The notes below the pieces were generated by a model, which searched no databases, had not been told where the DNA came from, and saw only the letters and a list, made by a program, of their open reading frames with translations. A stretch of 63,174 nucleotides of DNA, counting the filler, from Choristocarpus tenellus KU-1152 (taxonomy: Eukaryota; Protista; Phaeophyceae): assembly GCA_964200185.2 (NCBI GenBank). It is 10 parts of 10 records of this genome, joined end to end, with 100 filler letters (N's around TTAATTAATTAA, not from the genome) between each part and the next. Parts side by side here need not be neighbours in the genome. Positions count along the whole stretch, not along the records: positions 11,084 to 17,596 come from CAXNAD020007970.1; positions 17,697 to 20,477 come from CAXNAD020024810.1; positions 20,578 to 23,461 come from CAXNAD020023939.1; positions 23,562 to 26,473 come from CAXNAD020023708.1; 6 more parts are not named here. One strand, 5' to 3'. The translations under genes were made by a program, and so were the position numbers. This document shows, piece after piece, positions 12,565 to 25,489 of the stretch. Position 1 is the stretch's first letter. Every line of letters begins with the position of its first letter.

Positions 12565-12862
12565 TATTATGCCGTCGGACATTTTGCAGATGTGTTAGCT
12601 AAAGGGTCAAAAGAAAATCATGGAATAGGAAAATCATTGCCAATTTGGACGATAGTTTACAAGTCAACAGGAACTGAATCAGAATCCCTGCAGGGTTTCT
12701 CCATTTATGCTGCAAAATACTCCCATGGCATTATTTTGCTGAGTCGTATTGTACCTGCATAATATTCAAAATTGGCTTACAATATATTGTTCAGACATTA
12801 TTAGAATGTTTTTCCATTGATTTTTCTCCTGACACACCTCCAAAATGTCAGAGGGCATAATA
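12565..12862. mobile_element. MITE family C (~300 bp, ~34-bp imperfect TIRs)
   Basis: TATTATGCCGTCGGACATTTTGCAGATGTGTTAG versus right-end reverse complement TATTATGCCCTCTGACATTTTGGAGGTGTGTCAG (29/34). A related arm occurs at ~25652-25710. Confidence 0.7.
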
Positions 12863-13507
12863 ATAAAATGTGATGTATCCTTACTACTCTTGTGCTACCG
12901 ATTACGCAAACCCATACATGTGAACGTCACTCTGTGTATTTATATGCTTGTACCATCAGTCACAAAATAAAAACACACACAGTTTACTTCGACATGTAAG
13001 GTCAGCAGTAGTACCTCATTATGTAAGGTTGGCAAGGAGACATAAGGGTACTTCACACAAGAATTGCTCAACAGGATTGTCACTCAGCTACTGCCTGTTC
13101 GTGTGTAAATCCTCTTTGACAGATAAGTGGTGCAGCCAGACAAATTGCAAAGAAGTTAATGCAATGTGAGGTGCAGGGATCAATCCTTCAAGAGGATATT
13201 GCACGGGACGCCCAAAAGAGAAAGGAAGAGCAGCCTTGAGACATATGTTCCTCTGAGCCATAGACACAAACACAACAACAAAGATCACGGTCCTACCTCA
13301 CTTCACCTGGTTTGGTTGATTAGATTGTAAAATACCTCACCTCTTATTACCAACATTATCCACATGTCGAAAGGCGGTCTGATTTTCCTTACCCCTATTT
13401 CCGCACATAAATATTAAAAACGATATCCTTACATTGTCCAGTTCGAGCGGTAGGAAGTACGTTACAAAAGTAGTTTGTGCCAGGACAATTGACTTCAAGC
13501 TCCACCT

Positions 13508-13765
13508 GAGCCAAAGTATCTTAGAGGGTAGAGCCGCGTCCACTTAGGGGTCAAAATCCAATGATGCAATTTGATGTAATTTTAGATATCGTGTTTGTTA
13601 GCAAGTGTCAACATGTATGTTTCGGACACACCTTTTCACAACATACACATTTTATCTACTTGGAAACATTTCGGAGTAGGAAAATGTCATAAAAAACCCC
13701 ATGGGAAGCCAAGTCCCAAATGGACAAACAGGGCAAATCTCGTACCCTCTAAGATACTTTCACTC
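13508..13765 (-). mobile_element. MITE family A, complete, Sola-like
   Basis: TIRs GAG(CC/TG)AAAGTATCTTAGAGGGTA; 4-bp TSD ACCT on both sides. Confidence 0.92.
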
Positions 13766-16700
13766 ACCTTCACCTCGAGAGAGACGTCCTCGTCGCACTG
13801 GGAACAAAGAGTGCGAGTGGAGGGGAAAGCAGTACCAGACTGCTAACAAGCATTGATTCGCGAGGGTACCAAGAGCTAACCACGTCAAATATCCTTGAGG
13901 GATGCTAGAACATAAATAAGGACATCCCATTGTACAGGAGGAGCACATACAATTCAAACACTTGAGTCTGTTGAAACATATATTATCACACTTTCTATAT
14001 ATTATTCGCAGTTCATAGAACCCGACACACCCAGGTGTCAAACAATCGCAACTGACTGACCTGCACAGTACATCAGTCCAATACTGAGTCATGATTGGAC
14101 AAGACTATGTAGAAGGGTCGATGTCCTCCTCTACCAAAGAAGATTTGGTTCAAGCAGACACTGACTCAGGAGAAAGACAAGGGCATGAGACAGACAAGGC
14201 TGCTCCCTTACCTCCTCTCCTGTCACTCTCGTTTTCACGGGTTCTTAATCAATGTAATATGCACAGTTAGAGGCAGAGTTCCCCTTACGTTTAATTTCCC
14301 TGTCCCTCCAGTGACCATCTCAAAAGCCCCTTGAAAGCAACAACTTCAACGTGAATGGAGTACGCTGGTGGAGTAGCAGCAAGCACAGTGGGCTGGGAAA
14401 CAGGTCGCATGTATGCATGAAATCGATCACCAGGATTCTTGGAGGTTTTTGATTGGTTGATCGATGAGTCAGTGGCACTCGTGAGGGCCATCTATTTCAT
14501 ATTCATCCCAAGGATTCAAAATGTAATATCCTCTGTTCATCCAGAGCCTCCAACAAATATATCTATAGACACTTGCCTCTTAAATGGAGTACAACATGCT
14601 ACAATATATATTGTACTGTTAACAATGAACCCAGAGGATAATAATGTGATTTTTTTGTAGAGATACTTAACAGCCAAATTTGATGGAGGCTAATCTTTAC
14701 TACTCTGTTGTTAACAAGAACTAAAAATTTGAGACAAATGCATGTATATTGGAAAAATAACGTTTTTTGCTCAGCATGTCATGTGCAACTCACCCACACA
14801 CCACAAACAAACTGACTCAGCCCGTAAGGCAAGAGACAGGCCTCTACTATATTTACTCTACATCTCCTGCACACCATATTTACTACTATACCACCTTCAC
14901 AATATACTACTGGCGCTGTAGTGTCCAAGACCACACTACGAAACTACCTTATCTTGCGTCGTGTCCTTCAAAACATTCACTAAGCATATTATGTTGTGCA
15001 CAGTGTAAAAAAGGAAGAACATGTAAACCTCACACAAAACCAAAAACAAGACTAAGCTCTCAGAGAAGGCAAAACATTACTGTTCCACCTCCTCTTAGGG
15101 TGTTACTGATTGCCGTACATGTAATCGCGAGATATTGGAAGATCCCCCCCCAAAAAAATAATCCTGCCTGGGGAGCCACATCACACATAATTCTGACTGA
15201 ATACCACGACAATGGGAGGAATACAGAGGCAGGCATACATACACATCTATCTGTTAGAGGGATCATACCTAACAGCAAGACGCTGATAGAGCATGCAATC
15301 AAGTCCTACTCTATCCAGCACCATACATTATTGCTGAAGTATTTGTCTACGTGACATGCCCTTGGTATCACAATCTCTTGCAATGAAAGCTATACATTGT
15401 ATCGGAAAAAGAGAGCTTTTGGAGAAGAAACAGAGAAAACGTATCTTCTTGATAGTCTGTTGTCAATACAAGGGAATGATATCTTACCCTTCTAGCATTG
15501 GTGCCCTAGATTCCAGCCTATGAACCTATACCACTAACGGTGTTCAATCCTTTACAAAGGGAAGTTGCTTGGTGCTCCTGGTGAGAGGCAGTCCGCTTTG
15601 ACCTCTGTCAGTCCCTGGGTTGCAACCATACTGTTTGGATGCTCCCACAATAGATGTTTTCGAGCCTTGATCATGTTATTGTATAGAGGCCTCATCCTAG
15701 ACTCTGGGAGGGTGTAGATGTAGTGCACTGCACCAGTTGGGTCCTGGTTCCACATCTGTGAGGTCAATCAATAATTTGAAGCTTGGGTTCATTTAGCGTG
15801 CATGGCCACATTAATTGCTTAGTATTGACAAAAAACAGCATTGGGTATTGAAGGGAAAGGAAACACAGGTGTTAAGGTAAGTCAGCAGCTGGTACCACTA
15901 GGCTTGACTTCTTTGAACAAATACTTTAACACTTGGTTGCACCCAAGCACTTCAATACATCAACTGTCAGAGACTAATTGTACGTTTTTTCTGCCACAGC
16001 AACAAGCAATATCGTGGAACTGGAACTTTGTCTTGTTGTACCATCAATTTGTTAAGTATGGCAAAGTCACACAGGGGGTAGTGGCTGCCAGAACTGGGGA
16101 CGATGCAGGAAGAATACAGTTTGATGTCTTGGGTTGAGCACCACACTTGTGGACTCCGATCTCAATGCTGGTTACTCTCAATGATGAGGATAGCACTTAC
16201 GTTGGACGGCACAGTAATCATTATCTTATCCAAATTTATCCACCGGTTGAACGGAGCAGCTGACAAGCGGAACCCACTGTCGACGACGAGGGGCATGCAC
16301 CCAGCTGCCAAGGCATCAGTGTACCTGTTTAGAGCGACGAAAATATGTACACATGGCCAGGAGGAGATAATCGCCATTCACATCTCAGAAACAGGCCAGG
16401 TCATTCAAGAATGGTCGACTTCAGCAAAACTGACTTGAAATGTTTTTCGACAACCTGCCAAATTCCCCCCAATCCTACTGAACTTATTCCAGAGCGTATT
16501 GAAGCTGGTCTGAGATATTCAGGACCATGTTGTCGAATCAAATCCAACATTGTCAACTGTGATTATATTTCAGGATTCAGAATTGGAGACACTGAGCATT
16601 GGGGAAAAATATCATTTGCGCTCTCACCACAAAACTGTACTGTTCAAACACTATCCTACCTACGAACTTACCTGCTTGTCTGTGGGTCATCACATTCCAT

Positions 16701-17569
16701 TACAAGACAAAATTGTGCATCTTGGATCTCCCTGACATACTCCTGCGGGGAACAGAGTGGCATACCAGATCAACTTTATAAGGAACATGCAGTACTTGCA
16801 AATATGTTTTGGAGGATGGGATGAATCCTCTTATTTCTTAACAATACATATTACCGCAGTAATTTCAAGCATTTCCATGATGAAGAAACTACAAGGAGCA
16901 TTTCGACGCTCGAAGTACATGTGATAGTGTCCACTCCCCAACCATATTATACCCACGCCCTGTTTGGATCAAGTAAAAGAATAATCTCCATTGGTGTGTG
17001 ATCTGCATCTTGCAAGCCATTGGAATGTCAACCCATAGGCAATGAACAATTTGCAGAACGTAACACCAAAAACACTTCAGCAGGCTATCTCCGCTCCACA
17101 TCATATATATGATACTTGATAGAAGTCCAGACAACTCATCACCAGCTCATCTGTACATTGTTATATGGTGTTTTTGTCCAGAGTAGAAAATGGATAACCA
17201 CATAATGCTGTGTGGCGTAGAGTGACTGCACACAACAGACTGATTCTCATAACATTGAGGTTATTGGAAATGGGAGACAAATGTTCTGAGGAATAATGTG
17301 TTGCAAACATTATCCACAAAATTACGGCCTTCATTGTGACTGGTACTCCAATGTTGCTCCCAATAGTGATTTTTTTCTTTCTTAGCTGTGGGTGGTATCC
17401 TCTCTGTACATAAGTGGAGGGCCACAAATTGCAACCCCTCACCTGGGTGCTGTCTCAAGGAGATAGATTTTGTGTTTGTCTCAAGCAGTCAATAAAAAGT
17501 TCACACCCACGGGATCTAGCTACCCAGTTCCGCCACGGCAGACCTCGCCTGTCACTCCACTATACATCA

Positions 17570-17596
17570 GACCCAAAGTATCTGGGAGGGGGGGGA
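17570..17596 (+). mobile_element. MITE family B terminus at contig end
   Basis: GACCCAAAGTATCTGGGAGGGG, as in the complete copy at 32146. Confidence 0.8.
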
Positions 17597-17696
17597 NNNN
17601 NNNNNNNNNNNNNNNNNNNNNNNNNNNNNNNNNNNNNNNNTTAATTAATTAANNNNNNNNNNNNNNNNNNNNNNNNNNNNNNNNNNNNNNNNNNNN
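17597..17696. other. Artificial contig linker
   Basis: N44-TTAATTAATTAA-N44. Confidence 0.98.
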
Positions 17697-17750
17697 AGCC
17701 CCAAATGGACAAAAAGGACAAATCTCGTACCCTCTAAGATACTTTCACTC
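17697..17750 (-). mobile_element. MITE family A terminus at contig start
   Basis: Ends CTCGTACCCTCTAAGATACTTTCACTC. Confidence 0.88.
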
Positions 17751-17789
17751 AAGGCTGGCAGCTAATGAAGGTTTATCAATAATACCCAG

Positions 17790-20477
17790 CATGTGTTCAG
17801 CAACCCCATTAAATTGAGGGCTGCCTGCACGTGTAAAATCCTGTTTTATCCCGTGATCACGGCAAAGAGCACCGAAAGCACCCTCTTAAAATCCCCCCCC
17901 ATTAGCAGACCGCACACACATGATCCGAGAGGGAGTACCGCCAGCCCGGACACCAGCCAGGTACTTCTTGAAGGCTTTGGCAGCATCCGACTTAGCACAA
18001 AGGAAACACAGCCAAACAAAACGAGAATAGTCGTCCCGGATTATCATTGTGTATTGTTTACTGCCGACTGAAAGGGTAGCCCTCTTTGCACTTAGATTAA
18101 CCAAACTCCGACCCAGCTTTCTCACTACCCTTGTAGAAGTGCTGGACCGGACGCCCTTCCGTATGCCCTTGCTCATAGAGCAGCCCACACATGGTTCCAG
18201 ATCACCCACTAATGTAATGGCCATTGAAGTGGCGGTGGACTTGAGCAATGTCTCGTGTACGTGGCCATAAGAGTGATGGAAGAATTTAATGTTGACATCG
18301 GTGTGGGGAGCGTGAGGTACAAGTGAGGGGGCTATGGGGGCCTTCACAGCAACTTCAGCATTTTGACCCGGTCGTGGCAATATGCATTGACCATGGTGGG
18401 AATAATGACAACCAGGATCTCTTGTGAAGAAAAGTTTGCCATCAAGTAACGAAAATCTACTAACTGTGCAAGTGCATTTCGACTCATATTTGCTGTGGTT
18501 TGGCAAGAAAAGGGATTAAATCCAAGATCTGGGACATGCGCAACATTATGGAGGAGTATCTCTACCCCCTTGTTGTCACGTGAGGGAAACAAGATGGTTA
18601 GATCACTTTGACCAGCAATGCGAAAGGAATTCTGACTGGCAGTGACTATCCTTCAATCTACTACACAAGGCTTGTAGTTAGTCATGTATGTCATCATGTT
18701 TGTCATGTGACATGCAGCTGCACTATCAAAAACCCATTCTTCTCTTTCGCGGCCCACCCCAACACTTGTCACCAAACATTAATTTACCCCACACTTTCCT
18801 GGAGTATTGCTGCTCGGAGAGTAATCAGTGGCGGCCAGTAGTGCGTACCGCTCGTTGTCATTGTTGCTGGTCACACTTTCCACAGTAGTATGAGAAGGTT
18901 TTGCCTCGGTCTCATTATTTTCTTCCCCAGACTCCACCGTAGTCATGAACACTGAAGTATATGCTGTAGCGTCACGGGCACGTCTACCATACCTGGTGCA
19001 AATGCGACCTGGGCAAGCTCCCTTCTCGTGTCCATTCTTACCACACATCCCATTTTCTTTCTTTGACCATGAAATTTATGTTCCACCCCACGATCTTGGC
19101 TGTTGCAATGAGACCTATTCTTCCTCTGTGATGAGCTGCAAACAACCAAAGCGTGGCTGTTCTTGTGTCTTGACTGCTTCCCCTCATGAAGGGAATCGTA
19201 TCGCTCTCTAACAGTTTTCTCTACGTCTGCTCAACATAGTGTCCTCTACAAGGCCATCATGCGTTTCTTGGTATCGTAATCTGATCCGAGTGCACTCTCA
19301 GAAACTGTATGAGCAGCAGCTTGTCCGAGATGACGAGGTCCATTGATAGCATCCTCCCCCGTAACTCCTCCAATTGGGTTGAGGTCAGGAGCGGATTCGC
19401 CCCCTTCTCCACCTTCGAAGAGAAAAACTCACGGAACAAATGTTGGCTATTACCCACTGCATTAGGCATGAACCAATCATCTAACACTCGGAAAAGCTTG
19501 CTCGGGCTTTGATGCGTATAGCACAGAGCCCTGGTGGTGGGTGCGACAAGAGCAACAGTAAGTGCATCGTAAGCCTCTTTGGTCATCCAGATACCATTCG
19601 CACTGAACCCATCCAAGAGAAGTTGCTCGTAGGAGCGTTCCTGGTTAACTGGTCTTTCGCTTGTCAATGCACCCAGGCAATAAGTATATCAAAAATGTAC
19701 GCTATGAAACGCCTCCGCCAGTTCCGGTAGTCCGAGTCATTCAGTAATTTTGGAGGCTGAGTCATTGACCTCTTAGTCTTAGGGTGAACAATATGTGCGC
19801 CTGACCCCGTACTCACCGAAGAACCAGCTCGCCCTACTTCTGATGCTCACAGCATCCGAACTGTTTAACCCTCTCTGAAAAATTCCCCTCGACATGGGTT
19901 CCATAGGACCCACTTCGACTGATACATGCCCAGCCAGAGGCCGTGTGCTGGACACAGTGGACTGGACAACGGGATGATTTATGTTGCTGACTCTATCAAA
20001 CTGCAACAAGAGATTGCTGACGTTTCTGGACAGATCCACTACCGACGTCATAAGCTGCTGGAATTCTTGAACAGATAGCCCTCGGCAGGAACAGGTAGAA
20101 TCTCATCTCCATGTGAAGACAAGATGAAATGAGGGGTTAGAAACCTAAGGTCCAATATATTGTGTTAAGTATCGCCCAAATCATCAAATAATAAAGGTGT
20201 TAAACCCAAGGAAATTGCTTGATGTCTGTAGAGTGATTGATCAAAGCTAAGTGGGACAAGCAGCACCCCTTCAAACCAGAAATATTTCCTTTTATATGAG
20301 AAATATTCTCATATAGCTAATTGCTAATAAAAGGTTGTGGCCGGTGTGGAGATGATATCGAAAAACCCCCCAAGATTTCCGAACATCTTTCTAACGCCTT
20401 TTTGCAGACTTTCTGTGAGCACCCACACACGTGACTTACACAGTAACATAAACCGCGACGGTGAGACAAGGAGAACC
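17790..20477 (-). mobile_element. Decayed Ty1/Copia LTR retrotransposon (5' LTR, gag, protease, integrase)
   Basis: Minus strand, in order: LTR ending ..AACA at 20163; gag from ~19765 (DYRNWRRRF; FREFFSSKVEKG); zinc knuckle CGKNGHEKGAC; protease WVFDSAAACHMT and LHNVAHVPDLGFN; pre-integrase HHSYGH..CVGC; integrase IRDDYSRFVW..VRSANGGGF..PQFNGVAE. Frameshifts and stops throughout. Confidence 0.93.
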
Positions 20478-20577
20478 NNNNNNNNNNNNNNNNNNNNNNN
20501 NNNNNNNNNNNNNNNNNNNNNTTAATTAATTAANNNNNNNNNNNNNNNNNNNNNNNNNNNNNNNNNNNNNNNNNNNN
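20478..20577. other. Artificial contig linker
   Basis: N44-TTAATTAATTAA-N44. Confidence 0.98.
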
Positions 20578-20849
20578 GGAATACCAAGGTGAAAAGATTG
20601 ATAGGGGGGTGTCATGGAAAAAGGAAGGTAGAAGTTCCCAAAAATGTTCTGAACCACCACCGGAAATATCAGAAAAAATTCGAGGCACAGTCCCGAACCA
20701 ACTATCTTCACAAAAAAAAAAGTTCCAGATCGGTCCGGTCCCGGAAGAACCTTTTCCGTAGAGGTAGGAGGAGGAGGAGGAGGAGAACGGGCACGAAGGC
20801 TGGATTCGAAACAGCCTCAACACCTTCCTCTTTCCTCTCCCTCTCTCAC

Positions 20850-23397
20850 CCTTGTGGTGAGCTCCAACGTGGTTGGACCCCATAAGAAGCGAAACTCAGT
20901 ATGGTGGTCCGGGTCCGTCCACATGAAGTCCGAATGCTTTTCTGCCGAGGTGTTGTGAGCCATGGGGGTTGGACCACCTGTGACCCCTCGAATCATAGAG
21001 TAGTACATGAAGCGACTCACGGAGTCACCGACCAGGAGTACGCGCTTACCTGCATTACAAGAACGGATGCATTTGAAAAAACAAACAAGAGAATAATTAA
21101 TCATTGCGTCATGGTCTCGCAGAATGGTTAACAGACTTGACACTGTTTATGGGGTCTCCTCCGGGAGGCTTGGGGAAGCCCCGTCTGTGGCATTGAATCG
21201 AACCCTTTCTAAGCAGTATGGGTCTCCAATAAAATACAAAAAAAAGAGCGATCAAACTTAAGTTTAAATGGCCTTGGTGTATGTGTGTCATGTCACCATC
21301 ACTGGCACACCCAGGGGACTTCCTCACCTCCAGATGACGCTTTGCATCAGTGCAAAGAGATAGAGAGGGGTGTAGGGTTGAGATTGACACCACTCGAGAT
21401 ATCCAAGCGCCCCAAACCAGAGAGTGCCCTTACAATGTCTATTCATGTCATCAATAAAAAGGTGATAGAAACATCAAAAAAACATATTTTCAGTCAAACA
21501 CTAAACTAAGCAAAGTGCAACTCTTGCCAACTCCCATTGAAGTACAAAGTAGTAGCAGCAAGGAAGGTCTCTGTTACACAACTCTCTCACTGCAAGCAAG
21601 ACACCCCCCCAACCTAAGTCTAACCCCCAATGGCCTTAAATACCAACTAAGCTTGAGGGGGAGCACACATACTCCAACACAGTTCACCGGTCATGGTCTT
21701 CTGGACTGCATCAGGAGTCATATAGTGGAAATCACACTGGTCAGGTATGTCCACCCAAGTCCATGAATGGCTTTCGCAGTAGGCAGCTTCATGAGAGTCA
21801 GCGCCCCCACAAGCCCCCACAGTCGATTGCCAGTGACCCCTGTTGATACCCTGGAGGCATGCGTCATGGGGACCCACACTGTAGGGTGCTACATTAGATT
21901 GACGTGTAGAGCAACTCAGGAGCAGGAGACAGACTGCCATCCACCCCATGGACATGACCACCTGAACGGTTTGTATGTGTAGAGCAGGGAAGGGCAACAA
22001 AGACGTAACTAGGATGGGGGTCACAAAAATTAACACGCAGGAGGGGGCCTGGGTGGCATGTTCAAGCTCTTTCTTGCCAGTGCAATGCAGCATACTCTTT
22101 GTATCATGCAATGATTGACCTTCCCATTACAGGGATTTTACTGCTTGAGTATAGATTTGCTGCTGCATCTATCAAGGGATATTTTCGCTCATTTTCTTGT
22201 TAAGCAACTCTTGTCAAAGAATATAATAGGGATGGAGAACATTATGCCAGCACACTTTGAAGAGGTAGCGGGCAAGGGGATTTCAGCAACCATGAAAGAA
22301 GGACCCCTTCCCACGTGCAGATCCTCCCATACTTCACCCCACATCAGATAACGAAAACTTGATAGAAAGGGCTCAGCAGAGACCTGTGAAGGCCTAAAAG
22401 TAGTGCAATCAGCAGATTATCAAAGCAACCCACCTGTGCCAGCAACAATGCCTGCATGAGACGCGACAATGACAAGAGTTGAGCGTGTCCGCTGCACAAA
22501 ACACAGAAGGACAGACAGGGGGGAGGGGAGCAACAGGTCTCCCTGACACCACAGGTGTGCACTCACAAAATTCTTGGGGCTAAGGAGTCCGCCATTGTAG
22601 GAAGTCACTGCTGGTGTGGGAGTTGTGGAAATGCATGATCGCGTACGTTTGGCCCTGCAATCCAGCACAAGGTGCAGAACGGCAGTTATTCCAACCCCCA
22701 ACGCCGTGACCGTTACACCAACCGCAACCCAGGTTGCGCCACAGAACTTGAGGATCGCTGCAGTCACCGCTGCAATGCAAAGGGTAACCCCCATGCCGGC
22801 AAGATTTCGCAGGCAGTCTCGTAGAGAGTCCGGAAGGAACATACCCCTGAGGGACATGGTCAGGCGATAGAGCTCTCGGCTGATGAGCACATACCCGCAG
22901 GTGACAACCAGCAGGTTGACCTTGTGGTTTCCAGGAACCACAACCAGCAGCGTCTTGGCATTGCTCGTGAGCCATACGTGGTGCTGCATGAGGTAGGTCT
23001 CCAGGGTGATCTTACCCAGCGAGTGAAGCGGCTCTAGGTAGTGAGTGCGAAGTCCAGGCGTCAGGTTGCGCAGGAATATATACGTCAACACCGGGATAAC
23101 CACACCAAAGTAGGCGTTATTGGTGTTGTACTCGATCTTTTGCTGCGTCAGGATGTTGGCAGACCACCATACTGTAGCGGACACCAAAACCACGGACACT
23201 GCGCCCTTGATGGTCCACTGACGCAAAGGCGACATAGACTCCACCCTCTTCACCCAGAGGGCAACGGCTGGGTAATTGAGAGCAAAGATCATTCCCAGGA
23301 ATGTGGACCAGTGGTCCAGTGAGGTACGGAAGTACCATTCCCACAACGTGCCTGAACCAGCGCCCACTGTGGGTTCCTGGCCCAAGAACCCAAAGAT
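20850..23397 (-). CDS. Cas1p/CASD1/RWA-family O-acetyltransferase, partial at both ends (membrane acyltransferase domain followed by GDS/SGNH-like domain)
   Basis: Predicted GT-AG exons 23397-22567, 21961-21688 and 21049-20850 splice in frame. Cas1_AcylT motifs WEWYFRTSLDHW..GMIFA, YIFLRN, LGKITLETYLMQHHVWL. Then CLQGINRGHW..CDFHYMT..KRVLLVGDSVSRFMYY. Confidence 0.88.
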
Positions 23398-23461
23398 CTG
23401 ACAAGAGTCATCAATAAGCAGTAGCCATATGTAGGGGGGGGGTTGGGGAGGAATTAAGAAC

Positions 23462-23561
23462 NNNNNNNNNNNNNNNNNNNNNNNNNNNNNNNNNNNNNNN
23501 NNNNNTTAATTAATTAANNNNNNNNNNNNNNNNNNNNNNNNNNNNNNNNNNNNNNNNNNNN
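23462..23561. other. Artificial contig linker
   Basis: N44-TTAATTAATTAA-N44. Confidence 0.98.
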
Positions 23562-23631
23562 GCATCGTTTTAAGGTCGTTGGATTTGAGTTGTACATCCT
23601 GGAAGGTGAGCATTGAGGGGCGCCTGTAACA
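23562..23631 (+). mobile_element. 3' end of LTR-like family D
   Basis: Near-identical to 25360-25429; ends CGCCTGTAACA. Confidence 0.8.
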
Positions 23632-24240
23632 TTTGTGCCCACTCCATTGTCGGTGGTGCCCTGTGTGCTTGTTACGAGTGAGGAGGGATGTGGTTATATT
23701 AATTTTGGGGGAGGTGTTTGCACCCAAAGCGTTCACTCTGGCGGGAGGTTATATGGCCATCTACTTTGTTTCGGATATGATTTAAATGAGGATCTGTTCG
23801 TGTTTCTTTGGGGCTTTGTGAACACAGACCCATTTTATGGATCTTTCCGCATTCCTATGTTTGCTCTTAGGGGGGATTCATGGCCACTTTTCGTGCATAT
23901 TTGTGCCTGAATGTCCACTTTTGGGAAAGGGTGGGTCACTTCTGGTGTGGTTGCTCCAGGAGGAGGTGTAGACCCACTTTATCTCATTTTTATGTGTACT
24001 TGTGTGTGACGTTACTCTCAGGACGGGGTACATCCACTTCCTTTTTGAAGCCTTTTATTTGTGTTCACACATCCAATTTTGCTTCAGACACAGGAGGTTA
24101 TCTTTACTCTGACTGGAGCCTTGGGAGGCCATTCCATTTCATTGGGTGCAACTTGAGCACCTAGGTTCTTATGAAGTTAGATTCCGACGCTACCTCCAGC
24201 GCCAACTCGCTCATGAGCCTGTCTCAATCGAGTTGAACGA

Positions 24241-24499
24241 GAGTGAAAGTACCTCAGAGGGTACGAGTTTCGCCTTGTTTGTCCATTTGGGACTTGGCTT
24301 CCCACGGGCTTTTAAAGACATTTTACCTAATCCGAAATGGCTTGGAGCAGGTAAAATGTGTATGTCATGAAAACGTGTGTCCAGAACAAGGACATTGACA
24401 CTTCCTAACAAACACTATAGCCAAAATTACATCAAAATATCAACATTGGATTTTGGCCCCCAAATTGACGCGACTCTACCCTCTAAGATACTTTGACTC
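24241..24499 (+). mobile_element. MITE family A, complete
   Basis: GAGTGAAAGTACCTCAGAGGGTA ... TACCCTCTAAGATACTTTGACTC; flanks CGA / CGAG. Confidence 0.92.
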
Positions 24500-24813
24500 C
24501 GAGGTGTTACACTCAACTTCGACTTTTAGTTGAACCTGGAGATGGGAGTAGATAACATAACCATCATACACAGGAAATCAATACGTGCAATAAGCATTTG
24601 ACATAAGTTTTCTCCTTTGCCCCTTGGCGAAATCTTGGACTCATACTTCTCAGGAGGTCCGAGCTTGTACCCGAACCCCTTTTGTGCCGGAGAGGATTTT
24701 TTTTTGTCTGGGTGGGCTGAGAGATCTTTCCGTTCCTTAAGATGTGCATGCCAACACCTGCAAGGTTTGTATGTACTATTTCTAAGGCCATCGTATTATT
24801 TTTGTCCTAGGTA

Positions 24814-25429
24814 TGTTACAGGCGAATAGTGTGAGCGTTTCTTATTGTATATCAACGAAGTGCAAGCATTTGTTACACGCGAATAGCGCGAGCATTTTAT
24901 CCTCATGTTTCAGGATATACGAACATTTGTGACAGACGTATAGTGTGAAGATTGTTTCTCGCGTTCTGACAAGTACGAACTATAGACGGTATTAGTAACA
25001 CATAGGTATGTAGCCTTACTGGATAAATGATTATTTTGAGAAGATGCAGAGTAAGATTTGGAATATCTACGTAACAATACAGAGGAAAATGTCAAAGTCA
25101 CTAAGAAGTTGAAGGATAAAGGCTTACGATTTGAGTACCTATAGAGTAAGTAGTTGACAATAGAACAACGAAATTGGGTGAATGGTGAAAATAATAAGAG
25201 AGCTTCTTAGTGATAACACACTTTTTACCTCGCTTATGCCCCAGTCTTTTATCTTTGAACGAAACATTGAGTCAAGCTTTGAGCTAAGCACTGAGTGGAG
25301 TATCAAGAGAACGGCTATCTGACACCCTACAACCCGTTGTAAAAGGCAACGCCCCCATAGCGTCGTTTTGAGGTCGTTGGATTTGAGTTGAACATCCTGG
25401 AAGGTGAGCATTGAGGGGCTCCTGTAACA
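24814..25429 (+). mobile_element. Solo LTR-like element, family D (616 bp)
   Basis: TGTTACAGG...CCTGTAACA termini; 4-bp flanks GGTA / GGTG (one mismatch). Confidence 0.75.
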
Positions 25430-25489
25430 GGTGTTTTGCACCTTCCAAGCCGGTAGAGCATTGGAATATGGGAGGGGGGGTCCTAAAAT

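Noticed and set aside
14767-15354. 195-aa ORF
   Set aside because: No recognisable motif and compositionally biased; probably a chance ORF.
22434-22491. Extra 58-nt exon in the O-acetyltransferase gene
   Set aside because: It has AG/GT borders, but inclusion shifts the frame into a stop. The direct 22567-21961 splice keeps the frame.
22420-23385. CRISPR Cas1
   Set aside because: Name coincidence only. This is the Cas1p capsule O-acetyltransferase family.
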